From contig CAXXSY010000003.1 in assembly GCA_963665015.2 (NCBI GenBank), forward strand, positions 64,373-128,372: a DNA stretch of 64,000 nucleotides, in the 5' to 3' direction. Below, piece by piece: positions 18,706-27,812 of the stretch (positions within the stretch are counted from its first letter, which is position 1; each line of letters begins with the position of its first letter). Made by a program: the position numbers and the translations under genes. The stretch is from Candidatus Cloacimonadales bacterium. Lineage in GTDB: Bacteria > Cloacimonadota > Cloacimonadia > Cloacimonadales > JAIOQZ01. Under the pieces are notes generated by a model. The model was not told the origin of the DNA, did not search any database, and saw only the letters and a program-made list of their open reading frames with translations.

Positions 18706-19805
18706 GCTTTGACCTCTTTAGGTTTGATCTGGTTGGCGGGAATCATTACGGGTATTTGATCCAGCTTTCGTCCGAAGAAGAGGAAGAAAGCGGCAAACAA
18801 TACGGTTGATGCTATCAGCAGGATAATCGAATTCATGCGATAGATCAGAATGGAGCAGATGACGATGATGGCGTTGATCAGGTAGATGATCAGTGCCGTG
18901 ACGCGCGCGGAGCCCATGGCGTTGTCGATACGATGGGTGGAGTGGTCCTTACCACCCTGGGTGATGCGTCTGCCGTCGCGCTTCCGGGTGATGCTCACCA
19001 GCGAGATATCGAAGATGGCGTAGCTGAGCATCAGCACGGGCAACAGGTAGTAGATTTCGCTACTGCGGTGGATGACGGCCAGCCGCCCGCTGAGGATGCC
19101 CATCGTCGAGAGAAAATAGCCGATGAACATGCTGCCGGCGTCGCCGAGGAATATCTTGGCGGGACGGAAGTTGTGCGGCAGGAAACCAAAGATCGCGCCG
19201 GCGAAGGTCAGCGACATGAGGCCGATAAAGTTGGTCTGCGGCGCAAGCGAGCTCGTCTTGATGGACACACTGAGTACGTAGAATCCGATGGCAAGGATGC
19301 CCGACATCCCCGAAATAATGCCGTCCATGTTGTCCAGAAAGTTCAGCGCGTTCATCAGCCCGATCATCCAGAAGATCATGATGGGGACGCTGAGCCACGG
19401 CGAGAGGAACATGTTCAGGAAGTTCCCATAGTAGAGCTGCTGCGAAACGATGAACACGACGCACGCGGCGAGCTGCCCGAGCATCTTGACCTTGGGCGAC
19501 ATGGTGTAGCGATCGTCGATCAGCCCCACCAGCGTGATAATCAGCGCACCGCCCAGATAGCCGATGACCGGCAGGTTGAACGCCCGTTCCGAACAGAGCG
19601 CGATGTGATAGACCGCAAAAAGGATGAAACCGGTAAATACCGCCACACCGCCCATCAGCGGCGTCGCCTTCTTGTGGACTTTCCGCGCCTCGGGGTTGTC
19701 CATGAAATTCGTCGCGACCGCCAGCCGTATAATGAACGGTGTCAGCGCGTACACAAAAAGAAACGGCAGCGTCAAAGCGCTTGCGTAATGATAAATGACT
19801 TTCAT
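18702..19805 (-). CDS. undecaprenyl-phosphate sugar-1-phosphate transferase (MraY/WecA family, GT4)
   Basis: MDNPEARKVHKKATPLMGGVAVF, NALNFLDNMDG and DAGSMFIGY motifs in about 10 TM helices. Confidence 0.8.
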   Translation of the reverse strand: MKVIYHYASALTLPFLFVYALTPFIIRLAVATNFMDNPEARKVHKKATPLMGGVAVFTGFILFAVYHIALCSERAFNLPVIGYLGGALIITLVGLIDDRYTMSPKVKMLGQLAACVVFIVSQQLYYGNFLNMFLSPWLSVPIMIFWMIGLMNALNFLDNMDGIISGMSGILAIGFYVLSVSIKTSSLAPQTNFIGLMSLTFAGAIFGFLPHNFRPAKIFLGDAGSMFIGYFLSTMGILSGRLAVIHRSSEIYYLLPVLMLSYAIFDISLVSITRKRDGRRITQGGKDHSTHRIDNAMGSARVTALIIYLINAIIVICSILIYRMNSIILLIASTVLFAAFFLFFGRKLDQIPVMIPANQIKPKEVKA

Positions 19806-19910
19806 GCTCTACAGACTGATTCCTCGATTATTCTATCTCGATACACTTTGCGAACTTCCTTCATATGATCCATTTCGATTTTGTCAATGAATTTACCGGT
19901 TTTCCGATAA

Positions 19911-20558
19911 TCAAAGCGTCAATCCGGTCAGCAGTTTCATGAGAAAATTCAGCGGTGGCATGATGATGTAACTGACAATCGGAATCCCGAGCACATAGGA
20001 CAGCAGCATGATCGCCATGAATGCGATCATACCCTTTCGCTCCTGCGCCGTGTATTTAAAATAGACCTGATCGGACAGGAATCCCCCCAGAATCTTCGAG
20101 CCGTCCAGCGGTGGAAATGGGATCAGGTTGAACAGACCCAGCGCCAGATTGAAGAAGATGGTCAGAAACAGGATGCGCCCGATGAAGAGGGTGACTGTGT
20201 TGCCCATGATCATCGAGTCGTTGAAAACCTTCATGTAGCCGTTGAAGACGATCGAGAAGAGGATCGCCATGATGAAGTTCGACGCGGGGCCCGCGGCCGC
20301 GGTCAGCGCCGTATCCCGCTTGAAATTCTTGAAGTTGTACGGATTGATCGGAACCGGTTTCGCCCAGCCGATCTTGATGATGAACAGCGCGATCAGACCG
20401 AAGATATCCAGGTGCGACAGCGGATTCAGGGTCAGACGTCCGGCTCGCTTGGCGGTGTCGTCGCCCAGCCAGTACGCGGCCAGCCCGTGGCTGAATTCGT
20501 GAACGCTGAGGCTGATGATCAGGATCGGCGCCAGCACCAGTATTTCGGTAATATTCAT
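19911..20558 (-). CDS. site-2 protease family (M50) membrane metalloprotease
   Basis: HEFSHGLAAY (HExxH) and NLIPFPPLDG motifs. The start is moved to the ATG at 20558; the 54-aa R/G-rich extension in the track overlaps tyrS. Confidence 0.75.
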   Translation of the reverse strand: MNITEILVLAPILIISLSVHEFSHGLAAYWLGDDTAKRAGRLTLNPLSHLDIFGLIALFIIKIGWAKPVPINPYNFKNFKRDTALTAAAGPASNFIMAILFSIVFNGYMKVFNDSMIMGNTVTLFIGRILFLTIFFNLALGLFNLIPFPPLDGSKILGGFLSDQVYFKYTAQERKGMIAFMAIMLLSYVLGIPIVSYIIMPPLNFLMKLLTGLTL

Positions 20559-20560
20559 CG

Positions 20561-21763
20561 CTACTCCTTGGGAACCAGTTTCAGGAACCGGCGCTTGCCC
20601 ACCTTGAGGATCGTCTCGTGATTGATCTCCAGATTCAGATCCATATCGTCGAGCTTCTCGTCGTCGAGCTTCACCGCGCCCTGCTTGAGCATGCGACGCG
20701 CCTCGCCGCTGGACTGACACAACCCGCTGTCCGTCAGAAGCTTCACGATCCAGATGGAGCCATCCATCACATATTCCTCGATATCGGTGGGAATGTTGCG
20801 CTGGCTGAATACGCGGTTGAATTCTTCCTCCGCCTCTTTCGCCGCCGATTCCCCGTCGTACAATGTAACGATTTCACGCGCCAGACGTTGCTTGATGAAT
20901 TTCGGGTTCTCGCCCGACTTCAGTTGCCGGTCGATCTCCGAGATATCCTCCGGCGTCATGCGCGTGGCGTATTTATAATAATTCAGGATAATCTCGTCCG
21001 GGATGGACATCACCTTACCGTACTTGTCGGACGGCTTGTCGAACACGGCGACGTAGTTGCCCATGCTCTTGCTCATCTTGTTCACGCCGTCGGTGCCCAG
21101 CAGGATCGGAAACATGATGGCGATCTGCTCCGGCTTGCCAAAGTAGCGCAGCATGTCTCGTCCGCACAGCAGGTTGAACTTCTGCTCGGTGGCGCCCAGC
21201 TCGATATCCGCGTCGATGGCGACCGAGTCGTACGCCTGAAGCACCGGGTACATCAGCTCGTGCATCGCAAGCGGGAGTCCATTCTCGTAGCGCTTGCGGA
21301 AGGTATCGTGCGCCAGGAACTGCGCCAGCGTGAATTTACCAAGCAAATTGATCACGTCCGCAAGATTCAGTCCGTCGAACCACTCCGACTGCCACCGTAT
21401 CTCGGTCTTGTCCCTGTCCAGCACGGTGTAGAGCTGCTCCATGTAGGTCGCGGCGTTTTCCCTGGTCTGCTCGGCGGTAAGCGGCGGTCTCGATTCGTCA
21501 CGCCCGGTCGGATCGCCGATGCGCGCGGTGAAATCGCCGATGATGATCACACCGGTGTGCCCCATATCCTGGAAATCCCGCATCTTGCGGATAGGAACCA
21601 TGTGCCCGATGTGCACGTCCGTCCCGGTCGGGTCGATCCCCATCTTCACCCTGAGCGGACGATCCTCCTTCTTCGCCAGCAGAAGCTTCTGCTTCAGCTC
21701 GCTCTCCGGAACGATCTCCTCGGCGCCGTTCTTGATGATCTCGATCTGTTTTTCTATGTCCAT
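20561..21763 (-). CDS. tyrS: tyrosine--tRNA ligase
   Basis: HIGH motif (DVHIGHM), KMSKS motif, and a C-terminal S4-like domain. Confidence 0.92.
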   Translation of the reverse strand: MDIEKQIEIIKNGAEEIVPESELKQKLLLAKKEDRPLRVKMGIDPTGTDVHIGHMVPIRKMRDFQDMGHTGVIIIGDFTARIGDPTGRDESRPPLTAEQTRENAATYMEQLYTVLDRDKTEIRWQSEWFDGLNLADVINLLGKFTLAQFLAHDTFRKRYENGLPLAMHELMYPVLQAYDSVAIDADIELGATEQKFNLLCGRDMLRYFGKPEQIAIMFPILLGTDGVNKMSKSMGNYVAVFDKPSDKYGKVMSIPDEIILNYYKYATRMTPEDISEIDRQLKSGENPKFIKQRLAREIVTLYDGESAAKEAEEEFNRVFSQRNIPTDIEEYVMDGSIWIVKLLTDSGLCQSSGEARRMLKQGAVKLDDEKLDDMDLNLEINHETILKVGKRRFLKLVPKE

Positions 21764-21859
21764 CGTAAACCTCGTGTTTCGTAGTCACTCCAAAACATTT
21801 AACTACACCGCATTTGTCAATGAATACCGTGTCCCCTGGGTACGCAGACGTCCCCGTCT

Positions 21860-23466
21860 CAGGCTGTTGACCAAGCATGGTCTGCGGCAACGTGTGCACT
21901 TGTAATCATAATACAGCGGTTCTATTTTACGATTTTCAGGCTGAAATTGGGCATCGGAAGCCGTATATGCCCCCAGCGAAAAAAAGACGAAAAAGCCTGT
22001 TGACCAGCTTTTTCACGTTTTGGGCAATAGCGGTCATGTAGGCTTGTTCTTTCACTCTCTCCAATCCTCTGTATCTTGCGTATCGATATCCGTGTAGTTG
22101 CTTCGCGTTGGCGAAGCTCCGCTCAATCGTCTCTTTTCGTCCCTTGAAGATTTCTCTTCCACAGAACGATTTCCGATTTCTGTCTATCTCGTCTCGATAG
22201 TCTTGCCAGACATGACGATGCACGATTCTTTGACATTTCTTACTCGCAGTGCATTTATCTCGAAGTGGACACTTACGACAGTCTTCAGGGTTGGATATAT
22301 ACGCCTGACTGCCATCCCGATTAGTTCCTTGATAGCTTAAAATACACCCGTTTGGGCAGACATAGTAATCGTTTATGGGATCATAGTCGAACCGCCATTT
22401 TCTGAAAAGTCCTTTGTGACCCGAGTCTCGACGTGGGCTGATCACTCCCATTATCTTTCGTTCGTGCAGCTTCTTACAGATATAGTACGTATTGTATCCC
22501 GAATCAAGACCGACGGCTTTGACGTCGAATCCAAACCGTTCGATCTGCCGATCGAGCAGCGCTAGATAAGGGATACAATCATTGACATTGCCAGGGAATA
22601 CATCCACATCCGTGATGAAGTTACATTTGGAATCAACCGTGCGCTGAGTCAGAAAGAAAAAGCCCTTGGGTTTGCCGTCTCGAACCATGTATCCGCTGTC
22701 CGGATCCGTCGTGCTGGACTTGATCTTTTTGGTGGGTGGATCATCTTCTTTTCGCGGCGGTAGAGGTTTTTTACCCCTTTTCTCACGGTCATCGTTGATG
22801 TCTTTATCCAGTTCTTTGAGATAGGTTTTCGGCTCTTCTTCCACCACAATCTTCTTAAACTTCTGCTTGTTAGCGTTTGCCTTCGTGTGGGTCGAATCCG
22901 TATAGAGTATCTTTCCCTCGACCAGACCTTTCGCAATCCCCTGCCGGACAATCTCAACAAAGATTTCCTCAAACACCTTGCTATCGGTGAACCTTCTGCG
23001 CCTGTTCTGGCTAAATACGGAATGGTGCGGTATCTTGTCCAGCAGCCCAAACCCCAAAAACCAGCGGTAAGCCACATTTACCTCGATCTCTTTAACAAGC
23101 TGGCGTTCGGAACGGATGCCAAATAGATACCCAATCAACAGCATTTTGAACAATCGGATCGGATGAACGGGGGGCCTGCCATTATCTTCGCAATAAAGAT
23201 GAGCTGTATTCTTCAGGATAAAGGAAAAGTCGATGTGGCGTTGGATTTTTCGCAGAAGGTGATTCTTCGGAACCAAATCCTCGATGTTAACGAACTCCAT
23301 CTCAGGTTGAAAATCGATTTCTTTTTTCAGCATTATTTACCTCAAATATGAGACAACAATAATGCGCATCCCTCTGATGGCAAGCGTTTTATGCTATATT
23401 TACAACCTTTTTCATGTGCTGTAAATCCCGCACGGAAAATGGACGGTCATCTTTGTCAACAGTCTG
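21860..23466 (-). mobile_element. IS1182-family insertion sequence, apparently intact (about 1.6 kb)
   Basis: Imperfect terminal IRs: tctcaggctgttgac (21857-21871) against the rc of gtcaacagtctgaga (23455-23469), 14/15 matches. It is flanked by the direct repeat agacgtccccgtct (21846-21859 and 23467-23480). It carries a single 465-aa transposase ORF. Confidence 0.8.
21936..23333 (-). CDS. IS1182-family (IS5-like DDE) transposase
   Basis: The N-terminal LVPKNHLLRKI..IDFSFI motif (transposase InsH-like N-terminal domain), a basic linker, and a C-terminal DSGY...ERSFA..K DDE region are typical of IS1182 transposases. Confidence 0.85.
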   Translation of the reverse strand: MLKKEIDFQPEMEFVNIEDLVPKNHLLRKIQRHIDFSFILKNTAHLYCEDNGRPPVHPIRLFKMLLIGYLFGIRSERQLVKEIEVNVAYRWFLGFGLLDKIPHHSVFSQNRRRRFTDSKVFEEIFVEIVRQGIAKGLVEGKILYTDSTHTKANANKQKFKKIVVEEEPKTYLKELDKDINDDREKRGKKPLPPRKEDDPPTKKIKSSTTDPDSGYMVRDGKPKGFFFLTQRTVDSKCNFITDVDVFPGNVNDCIPYLALLDRQIERFGFDVKAVGLDSGYNTYYICKKLHERKIMGVISPRRDSGHKGLFRKWRFDYDPINDYYVCPNGCILSYQGTNRDGSQAYISNPEDCRKCPLRDKCTASKKCQRIVHRHVWQDYRDEIDRNRKSFCGREIFKGRKETIERSFANAKQLHGYRYARYRGLERVKEQAYMTAIAQNVKKLVNRLFRLFFAGGIYGFRCPISA

Positions 23467-23496
23467 AGACGTCCCCGTCTGTATCTCTACTCTTCT

Positions 23497-23553
23497 GTCT
23501 GAACCAGGATTTTCAGGATTTTCACGATTGACAGGATGGAGATAGAAGGGCGC
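23497..23553 (+). repeat. degenerate ~60-bp intergenic repeat, copy 1 (CAGGATT-rich)
   Basis: gtctgaaccaggattttcaggattttcacgattgacaggatggagatagaagggcgcg aligns with 23753-23810 (gtctgaaacaggataggcaggattgcggaaatcagcagaacggatatagaaagacgcg). Confidence 0.6.
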
Positions 23554-23752
23554 GCCCGGAGGTCACGCGCTACGAGGGATAAAGGGATTCGAGGAATGGG
23601 CGCTACAAGGGAAAGGAGAATATGCCGACCCCGATCATTTCCCCTCTGTAGGCGCCGATCTCCTGAGATTTTCAGACGAAGTCTGATAAATCGAATCCCC
23701 CCCCCAATAGCGGCGTTCTCTGGGAAATCAACTTCCGAATGTTGATTTCTAT

Positions 23753-23810
23753 GTCTGAAACAGGATAGGCAGGATTGCGGAAATCAGCAGAACGGATATA
23801 GAAAGACGCG
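23753..23810 (+). repeat. degenerate ~60-bp intergenic repeat, copy 2
   Basis: See 23497-23553. In addition, atctctactct occurs at 23483-23493 and again around 23815-23827. Confidence 0.6.
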
Positions 23811-23863
23811 ACCGATCATCTCTACTCTGCACGCGCATTCTCCGGGCAAGCAACCCTTTAGCT

Positions 23864-23887
23864 CCTTCTCCCGCTTGCGGGAGAAGG
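23864..23887. repeat. perfect palindromic hairpin (REP-like)
   Basis: ccttctcccgc-tt-gcgggagaagg, an 11-bp perfect stem, followed by gcgggggatgaggg. Confidence 0.7.
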
Positions 23888-24049
23888 CGGGGGATGAGGG
23901 CTTCAATGGGTACCGGATCGCGAGCAGATTCGTTCGTTTCGCGCGCGAAGGCGTGGTGTTACGCGCATTCATTTCATGTCCGGTAGTAAAAATGCGCGTT
24001 ATATCCACGTCGTAGGGCGCGACCGGACGAAGATGCCGCGATCTGTGGA

Positions 24050-24907
24050 CTATTCGCCGGTTCGATCCGCGTGCAGGTGTTCGTAGATGTAGAGCACGGC
24101 GCGGACGTACGCTTCGCTGTGGTTGTAGGCGTAAACCGCGTCGTAGCGAGACTGGCGTTTACCCATATTCTCGCGTTTCAGACCGTGCTTGTGGAGGTAG
24201 TTTTCGATGCTGAAGAGGTTGTCGTCAACGGAGAAGATGTCGATATCGGTCTCGTCGTCATTCGCGTCGATGAAGAAGCTCTGCATGGACGAGGGGATGA
24301 ACTGCCCCCACCCCGCAGCACCAGCGAACGACCCGATGAATTCCCACACGTCGCGTTCGGTGCGCTCGGAGAATTTGTAGAGCGACTCGATCTCGCGCAT
24401 CGCGAACCTGCGTCGCCTCGGCATCAGCACGTACTGCGAGACCAGCGTGTTGAACGTGTGGAAGCTGCCACGGTGGCGTTTCTGGGCGAAATTCGTCTCC
24501 ATGCCGATGATCGCCACGACGATCTCGTAGTGGATGCCGTTGCGCGCTTCGACCTTTTCGAGGATTTCGCGGTTTTCCTCGATGAACGCTCTGCCCAGCT
24601 CGATCTTTCGCGGCACCCCGAAGAAGTTCAGATACCAGTCGAAATCCTTCTCCTGCTTGTGATCGACGCGATGCTCCGCCATGCGTTCGAAGTAGTCGTT
24701 CATGGAGGGGTAAATCTGGAAATTCTCGTGGGATACAAGGTCGTCGAACCACGCTTCCGGAACGCCCCGCCCGATGATCTCCTGCCGGAGCGAATCAATC
24801 TGTACGCTGTAGTCATCGGCGCCGAGAATGCCGACGAAAAGGATCAGCGCGATCGCCAGAAGGACGCTATTCGAAGTGATAGAAAATGGAAAACTGGTCT
24901 TGGGCAT
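24050..24907 (-). CDS. lytic murein transglycosylase (MltB/SLT_2-like)
   Basis: IIGMETNFA (catalytic Glu context) and SFAGAAGWGQFIPSS motifs, with an N-terminal TM anchor. The start is set at the ATG at 24907 (MPKTSF...). Longer track starts overlap the upstream gene further. Confidence 0.75.
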   Translation of the reverse strand: MPKTSFPFSITSNSVLLAIALILFVGILGADDYSVQIDSLRQEIIGRGVPEAWFDDLVSHENFQIYPSMNDYFERMAEHRVDHKQEKDFDWYLNFFGVPRKIELGRAFIEENREILEKVEARNGIHYEIVVAIIGMETNFAQKRHRGSFHTFNTLVSQYVLMPRRRRFAMREIESLYKFSERTERDVWEFIGSFAGAAGWGQFIPSSMQSFFIDANDDETDIDIFSVDDNLFSIENYLHKHGLKRENMGKRQSRYDAVYAYNHSEAYVRAVLYIYEHLHADRTGE

Positions 24908-25685
24908 CGTTTTCAAGGTGGAGAACGGTACCGATTTTCTCAATATGGTCATCTTTATTCTTTTCATCAAGTGCTTTTGGAGGTGTGAGTGTGAATGTCC
25001 GGTTGAAATCGCTGATCCTTGCCTTCGTACCGCCGGCAATCATGTTGAGTATCTCGAAAATACCCTCTTCGATATCGGGGTGTGAAAGAAGTTCCGGTTC
25101 GATGGAGAGGATTCTCGAAATAATCCTCGCTCCGAGATCGTACGACATGAGCAGTATGATAAATCCCTTCATCTCGCCCTCGACATGCATCAAGACCGCC
25201 AGATCGTCATCCGGCATCCGGAGCTTCTCATGGCTGATTTCGTTGAGCTTGACGGACATCCGGACCATGGTCGCAAACACCTCTTGAACCGATTCGGTAA
25301 TCGAATTGGATATCGAATCGTGCTGCACACCGTCAATCTCGAGCAAGTCCAGAGCATATTCCAAGATGGGAAGGAATCCCTCGGGAGCCGTGGGCAGCAC
25401 TTCTGCAATATCCGCTCCGGAAGCAATGAAGTCGGAGGCCGCTTCGATATCCGCTTCCGAGAGAAACACAAGAATCGCCACAGGCTGAGAATGGAATTTC
25501 TGTCGGATAAAATGGATGAGATCGACATGGGATTGTTCCAGATGGATCGCGACCAGGTTGTACTGGATGATCGTGTCGTCCGTAAGTTCTTCCCAGGTCT
25601 TGAAATCGATTGCCAGATCAGCGGATTCGAGATCGCTCTTCCTCTCGACGTGGTGATCCATCCCTATAAAAACGGCTCTATACAT
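24867..25685 (-). CDS. CheX-like domain protein with degenerate N-terminal receiver-like region
   Basis: The C-terminal half (ESVQEVFATMV...GEMKGFIILLMS...EEGIFEILNMIAGG) fits the CheX phosphatase-like pattern. The N-terminal ~120 aa is alpha/beta-like but lacks clear receiver Asp motifs. It has a TAATG overlap with the upstream HDOD gene. Confidence 0.5.
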   Translation of the reverse strand: MYRAVFIGMDHHVERKSDLESADLAIDFKTWEELTDDTIIQYNLVAIHLEQSHVDLIHFIRQKFHSQPVAILVFLSEADIEAASDFIASGADIAEVLPTAPEGFLPILEYALDLLEIDGVQHDSISNSITESVQEVFATMVRMSVKLNEISHEKLRMPDDDLAVLMHVEGEMKGFIILLMSYDLGARIISRILSIEPELLSHPDIEEGIFEILNMIAGGTKARISDFNRTFTLTPPKALDEKNKDDHIEKIGTVLHLENDAQDQFSIFYHFE

Positions 25686-26536
25686 TATCGACCACCCAGT
25701 CGGAGTATTTCCTTGGCCTTCTGGGTTTCTTTCATGACCACATCGATGAGGGACGGAATCTCGTCAACACGCAGCCCCAGCTCATCCCAGATATCGTCGT
25801 AAAAACCTTCCGGGAAAAAGCCGCAACCGTTATCGATTCCGCGATTGTTGCAAATAAAGTTGGCAAGATAGACCAGGCGCGTCGCGATGGCATTGATCTT
25901 GGCCCTCTGCGGCATGTGATGATTCAGTATCACATCGGTCACCGTGTCGGGCAGCTTCCATTTACGCAGAAGGAACGCGCCCACCTCCGCGTGCGAGATT
26001 CCAAGAAGCTTCTCCTCGACGATCGGCAAGTCGAAACGTCTGCGCTCGGCGATTTCGAATACTTTCTTGTAGATGGTGGTGAAATACTGATCCATGATCA
26101 GGACGCCGATATCGTGCAGGATACCGCAGATATAGACTTCGTCCTCTTCCGTCTGCTGCACCGCTTTCTTGTGCAGCGCGACGCCCAGATAGGCGGTCGA
26201 GATCGAGTGAATCCAGAATTTCTCGTAATCGACGAAGAAATTCTTGAAGCTGTTGATGACCGCGATGGAGATGGTGATGCGCCTGATCTCGGAAAAGCCG
26301 AGACGCGCGATCGCCTGCTGGAGACTGACAATCCGTTGACGTGATGCATAAACCGCGGAATTGGCGATCTTCAGAACCTTACCGGTCAGGGCCGGGTCCA
26401 ATCGAATAATGCTGCTGATCTGACCTGCGGACGTATCGGGATTTCTCGACAAGCGATCAATCTCCAGCGCGATTGTCAGCATGGTTGGCGCTTCTTCGAT
26501 TCTCGACAGGCGTTCCAGGATCGTGTTCCGATACAT
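25685..26536 (-). CDS. HDOD domain signalling protein
   Basis: LPTMLTIALEI..L..NPDTSAGQISSIIRLDPALTGKVLKIANSAVYA...IVSLQQAIARLG is a classic HDOD N-terminus, with HD-like ILHDIG. Confidence 0.8.
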   Translation of the reverse strand: MYRNTILERLSRIEEAPTMLTIALEIDRLSRNPDTSAGQISSIIRLDPALTGKVLKIANSAVYASRQRIVSLQQAIARLGFSEIRRITISIAVINSFKNFFVDYEKFWIHSISTAYLGVALHKKAVQQTEEDEVYICGILHDIGVLIMDQYFTTIYKKVFEIAERRRFDLPIVEEKLLGISHAEVGAFLLRKWKLPDTVTDVILNHHMPQRAKINAIATRLVYLANFICNNRGIDNGCGFFPEGFYDDIWDELGLRVDEIPSLIDVVMKETQKAKEILRLGGR

Positions 26537-26544
26537 TCAAACCT

Positions 26545-26952
26545 CTATAGCTGTACTTCGTCCGTGTCCGAAAAATCTTGCGGCAATTCGCCCAGGACTT
26601 CACCAATTTTATCCACCAGACTCTCCGGTGTAAAGGGTTTCTTCAGATAATTTTGAGCGCCGTGCTGGATCGCGTCGATCACATGCTTGCACTCGCTCTC
26701 CGTCGTGACCATCATTACGGGAATCGATTGGTATAGTTTGTTGGCCTTCAGTTTCAGCAGCAGATCGTAACCACTGATACCCGGCATATTCCAGTCGAGA
26801 AGGATCAGGCTTGTGTCCTCGTAATGATTCCTCAGAATCTTGAGCGCCTGATACCCGTTCGACGCCTCCAGCGCTTCAAAACCAAGCGCTTCGATCGTGC
26901 AGCGAATCATTGCCCGCATCAACCGGGAGTCATCAACGGTCAGTATCTTCAT
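26545..26952 (-). CDS. cheY: CheY-like response regulator
   Basis: MKILTVDDSRLMR, LLDWNMPGISG and KKPFTPESL motifs; single receiver domain. Confidence 0.85.
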   Translation of the reverse strand: MKILTVDDSRLMRAMIRCTIEALGFEALEASNGYQALKILRNHYEDTSLILLDWNMPGISGYDLLLKLKANKLYQSIPVMMVTTESECKHVIDAIQHGAQNYLKKPFTPESLVDKIGEVLGELPQDFSDTDEVQL

Positions 26953-26960
26953 CCTATGAC

Positions 26961-27812
26961 CTACCGTTTCGCAACATAATACGCACTCTTTTTATACTCG
27001 TGTTTCCGGAACTTCGTCGAAATACCGTCCAGCGATTCCGACTCGCCAATCAATAGGTACCCATCGTCATTCAGGTTGTGGAACATCTTGTCGAAAAGCT
27101 TCTTCTTGGATTCAAACGGAAAATACACCGCCACATTGCGCAGAAAAATCAGATCGCAGGACGGAATATTGATGAAGTCGAGCTGCAGGTTGAACGGACT
27201 GAAAGTTACCATATCCCGGACATCCTTCGATATCTCGCTGATGCCATCCTCTTCCGTGAAATATCGTTCCCGGAAATGCGGTATCATCCCTTTCCGCATC
27301 GCTTGCACACTATAACGTCCCGATATCGCCCGATAGAGAGCACTCGGCGATATGTCGGTCGCCAGAATGCTGAAGGTGGAGGGATTGATCATCGGATAAC
27401 GCGTCAGCGCTTCGAGCAGAATCATGGCAAAAGAATAGATTTCCTCTCCCGTCGATACGCCGGCCGACCACACCTGTATCTGTGACTTCCTGCCCGAGCG
27501 GATGTCAGAGATAAACCGCGGAACGATCAGCTCATCGACGATCCCCCAGGGCTTGTTATCGCGAAACCAGGACGTCTCGAATATCGTGATCGCATCGATG
27601 ATCTTGTTTCGAAGGTTGCCCGTCGTGTCCATCTTCGCCTTGTGATAAAACTCACGAAACGTCTTGCAACCGCATTCGATCACCAGATTCGACAAGTACC
27701 CCTCGATAAAGGTAGCCTTCTCGTCACCGATTACAATTCCGAATTCTTTCTGGATATACTCACGAAGTAATACAAAATCTCCAGGCTCGAGCGGTATCTT
27801 CGAAGATATCAT
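26961..27812 (-). CDS. cheR: chemotaxis protein methyltransferase CheR
   Basis: ETSWFRD, QVWSAGVSTGEEIYSFAMIL and FLRNVAVYF motifs. Confidence 0.88.
   Translation of the reverse strand: MISSKIPLEPGDFVLLREYIQKEFGIVIGDEKATFIEGYLSNLVIECGCKTFREFYHKAKMDTTGNLRNKIIDAITIFETSWFRDNKPWGIVDELIVPRFISDIRSGRKSQIQVWSAGVSTGEEIYSFAMILLEALTRYPMINPSTFSILATDISPSALYRAISGRYSVQAMRKGMIPHFRERYFTEEDGISEISKDVRDMVTFSPFNLQLDFINIPSCDLIFLRNVAVYFPFESKKKLFDKMFHNLNDDGYLLIGESESLDGISTKFRKHEYKKSAYYVAKR

Noticed and set aside
20618-21784. A 388-aa + strand ORF covering tyrS. Similar long antisense ORFs lie at 24071-24988, 28495-30108, 30319-31506, 36699-37847, 38955-39788, 40003-40926, 41999-43159, 45030-45707, 54105-54920 and 62293-63165.
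   Set aside because: These are typical GC-rich antisense open frames (R/H/D/V/G/L-rich). In every case the opposite strand encodes a protein with unmistakable family motifs.
23497-23810. Whether the two CAGGATT-rich repeats form a CRISPR-like array.
   Set aside because: There are only two copies, about 70% similar and about 200 nt apart, with no regular spacing and no cas genes in the window.
23536-24008. Track ORFs 23536-23745 (+) and 23784-24008 (-) in the repeat-rich tract.
   Set aside because: They are Arg/Pro-rich translations that span palindromes and degenerate repeats and have no SD. I treat the tract as noncoding.
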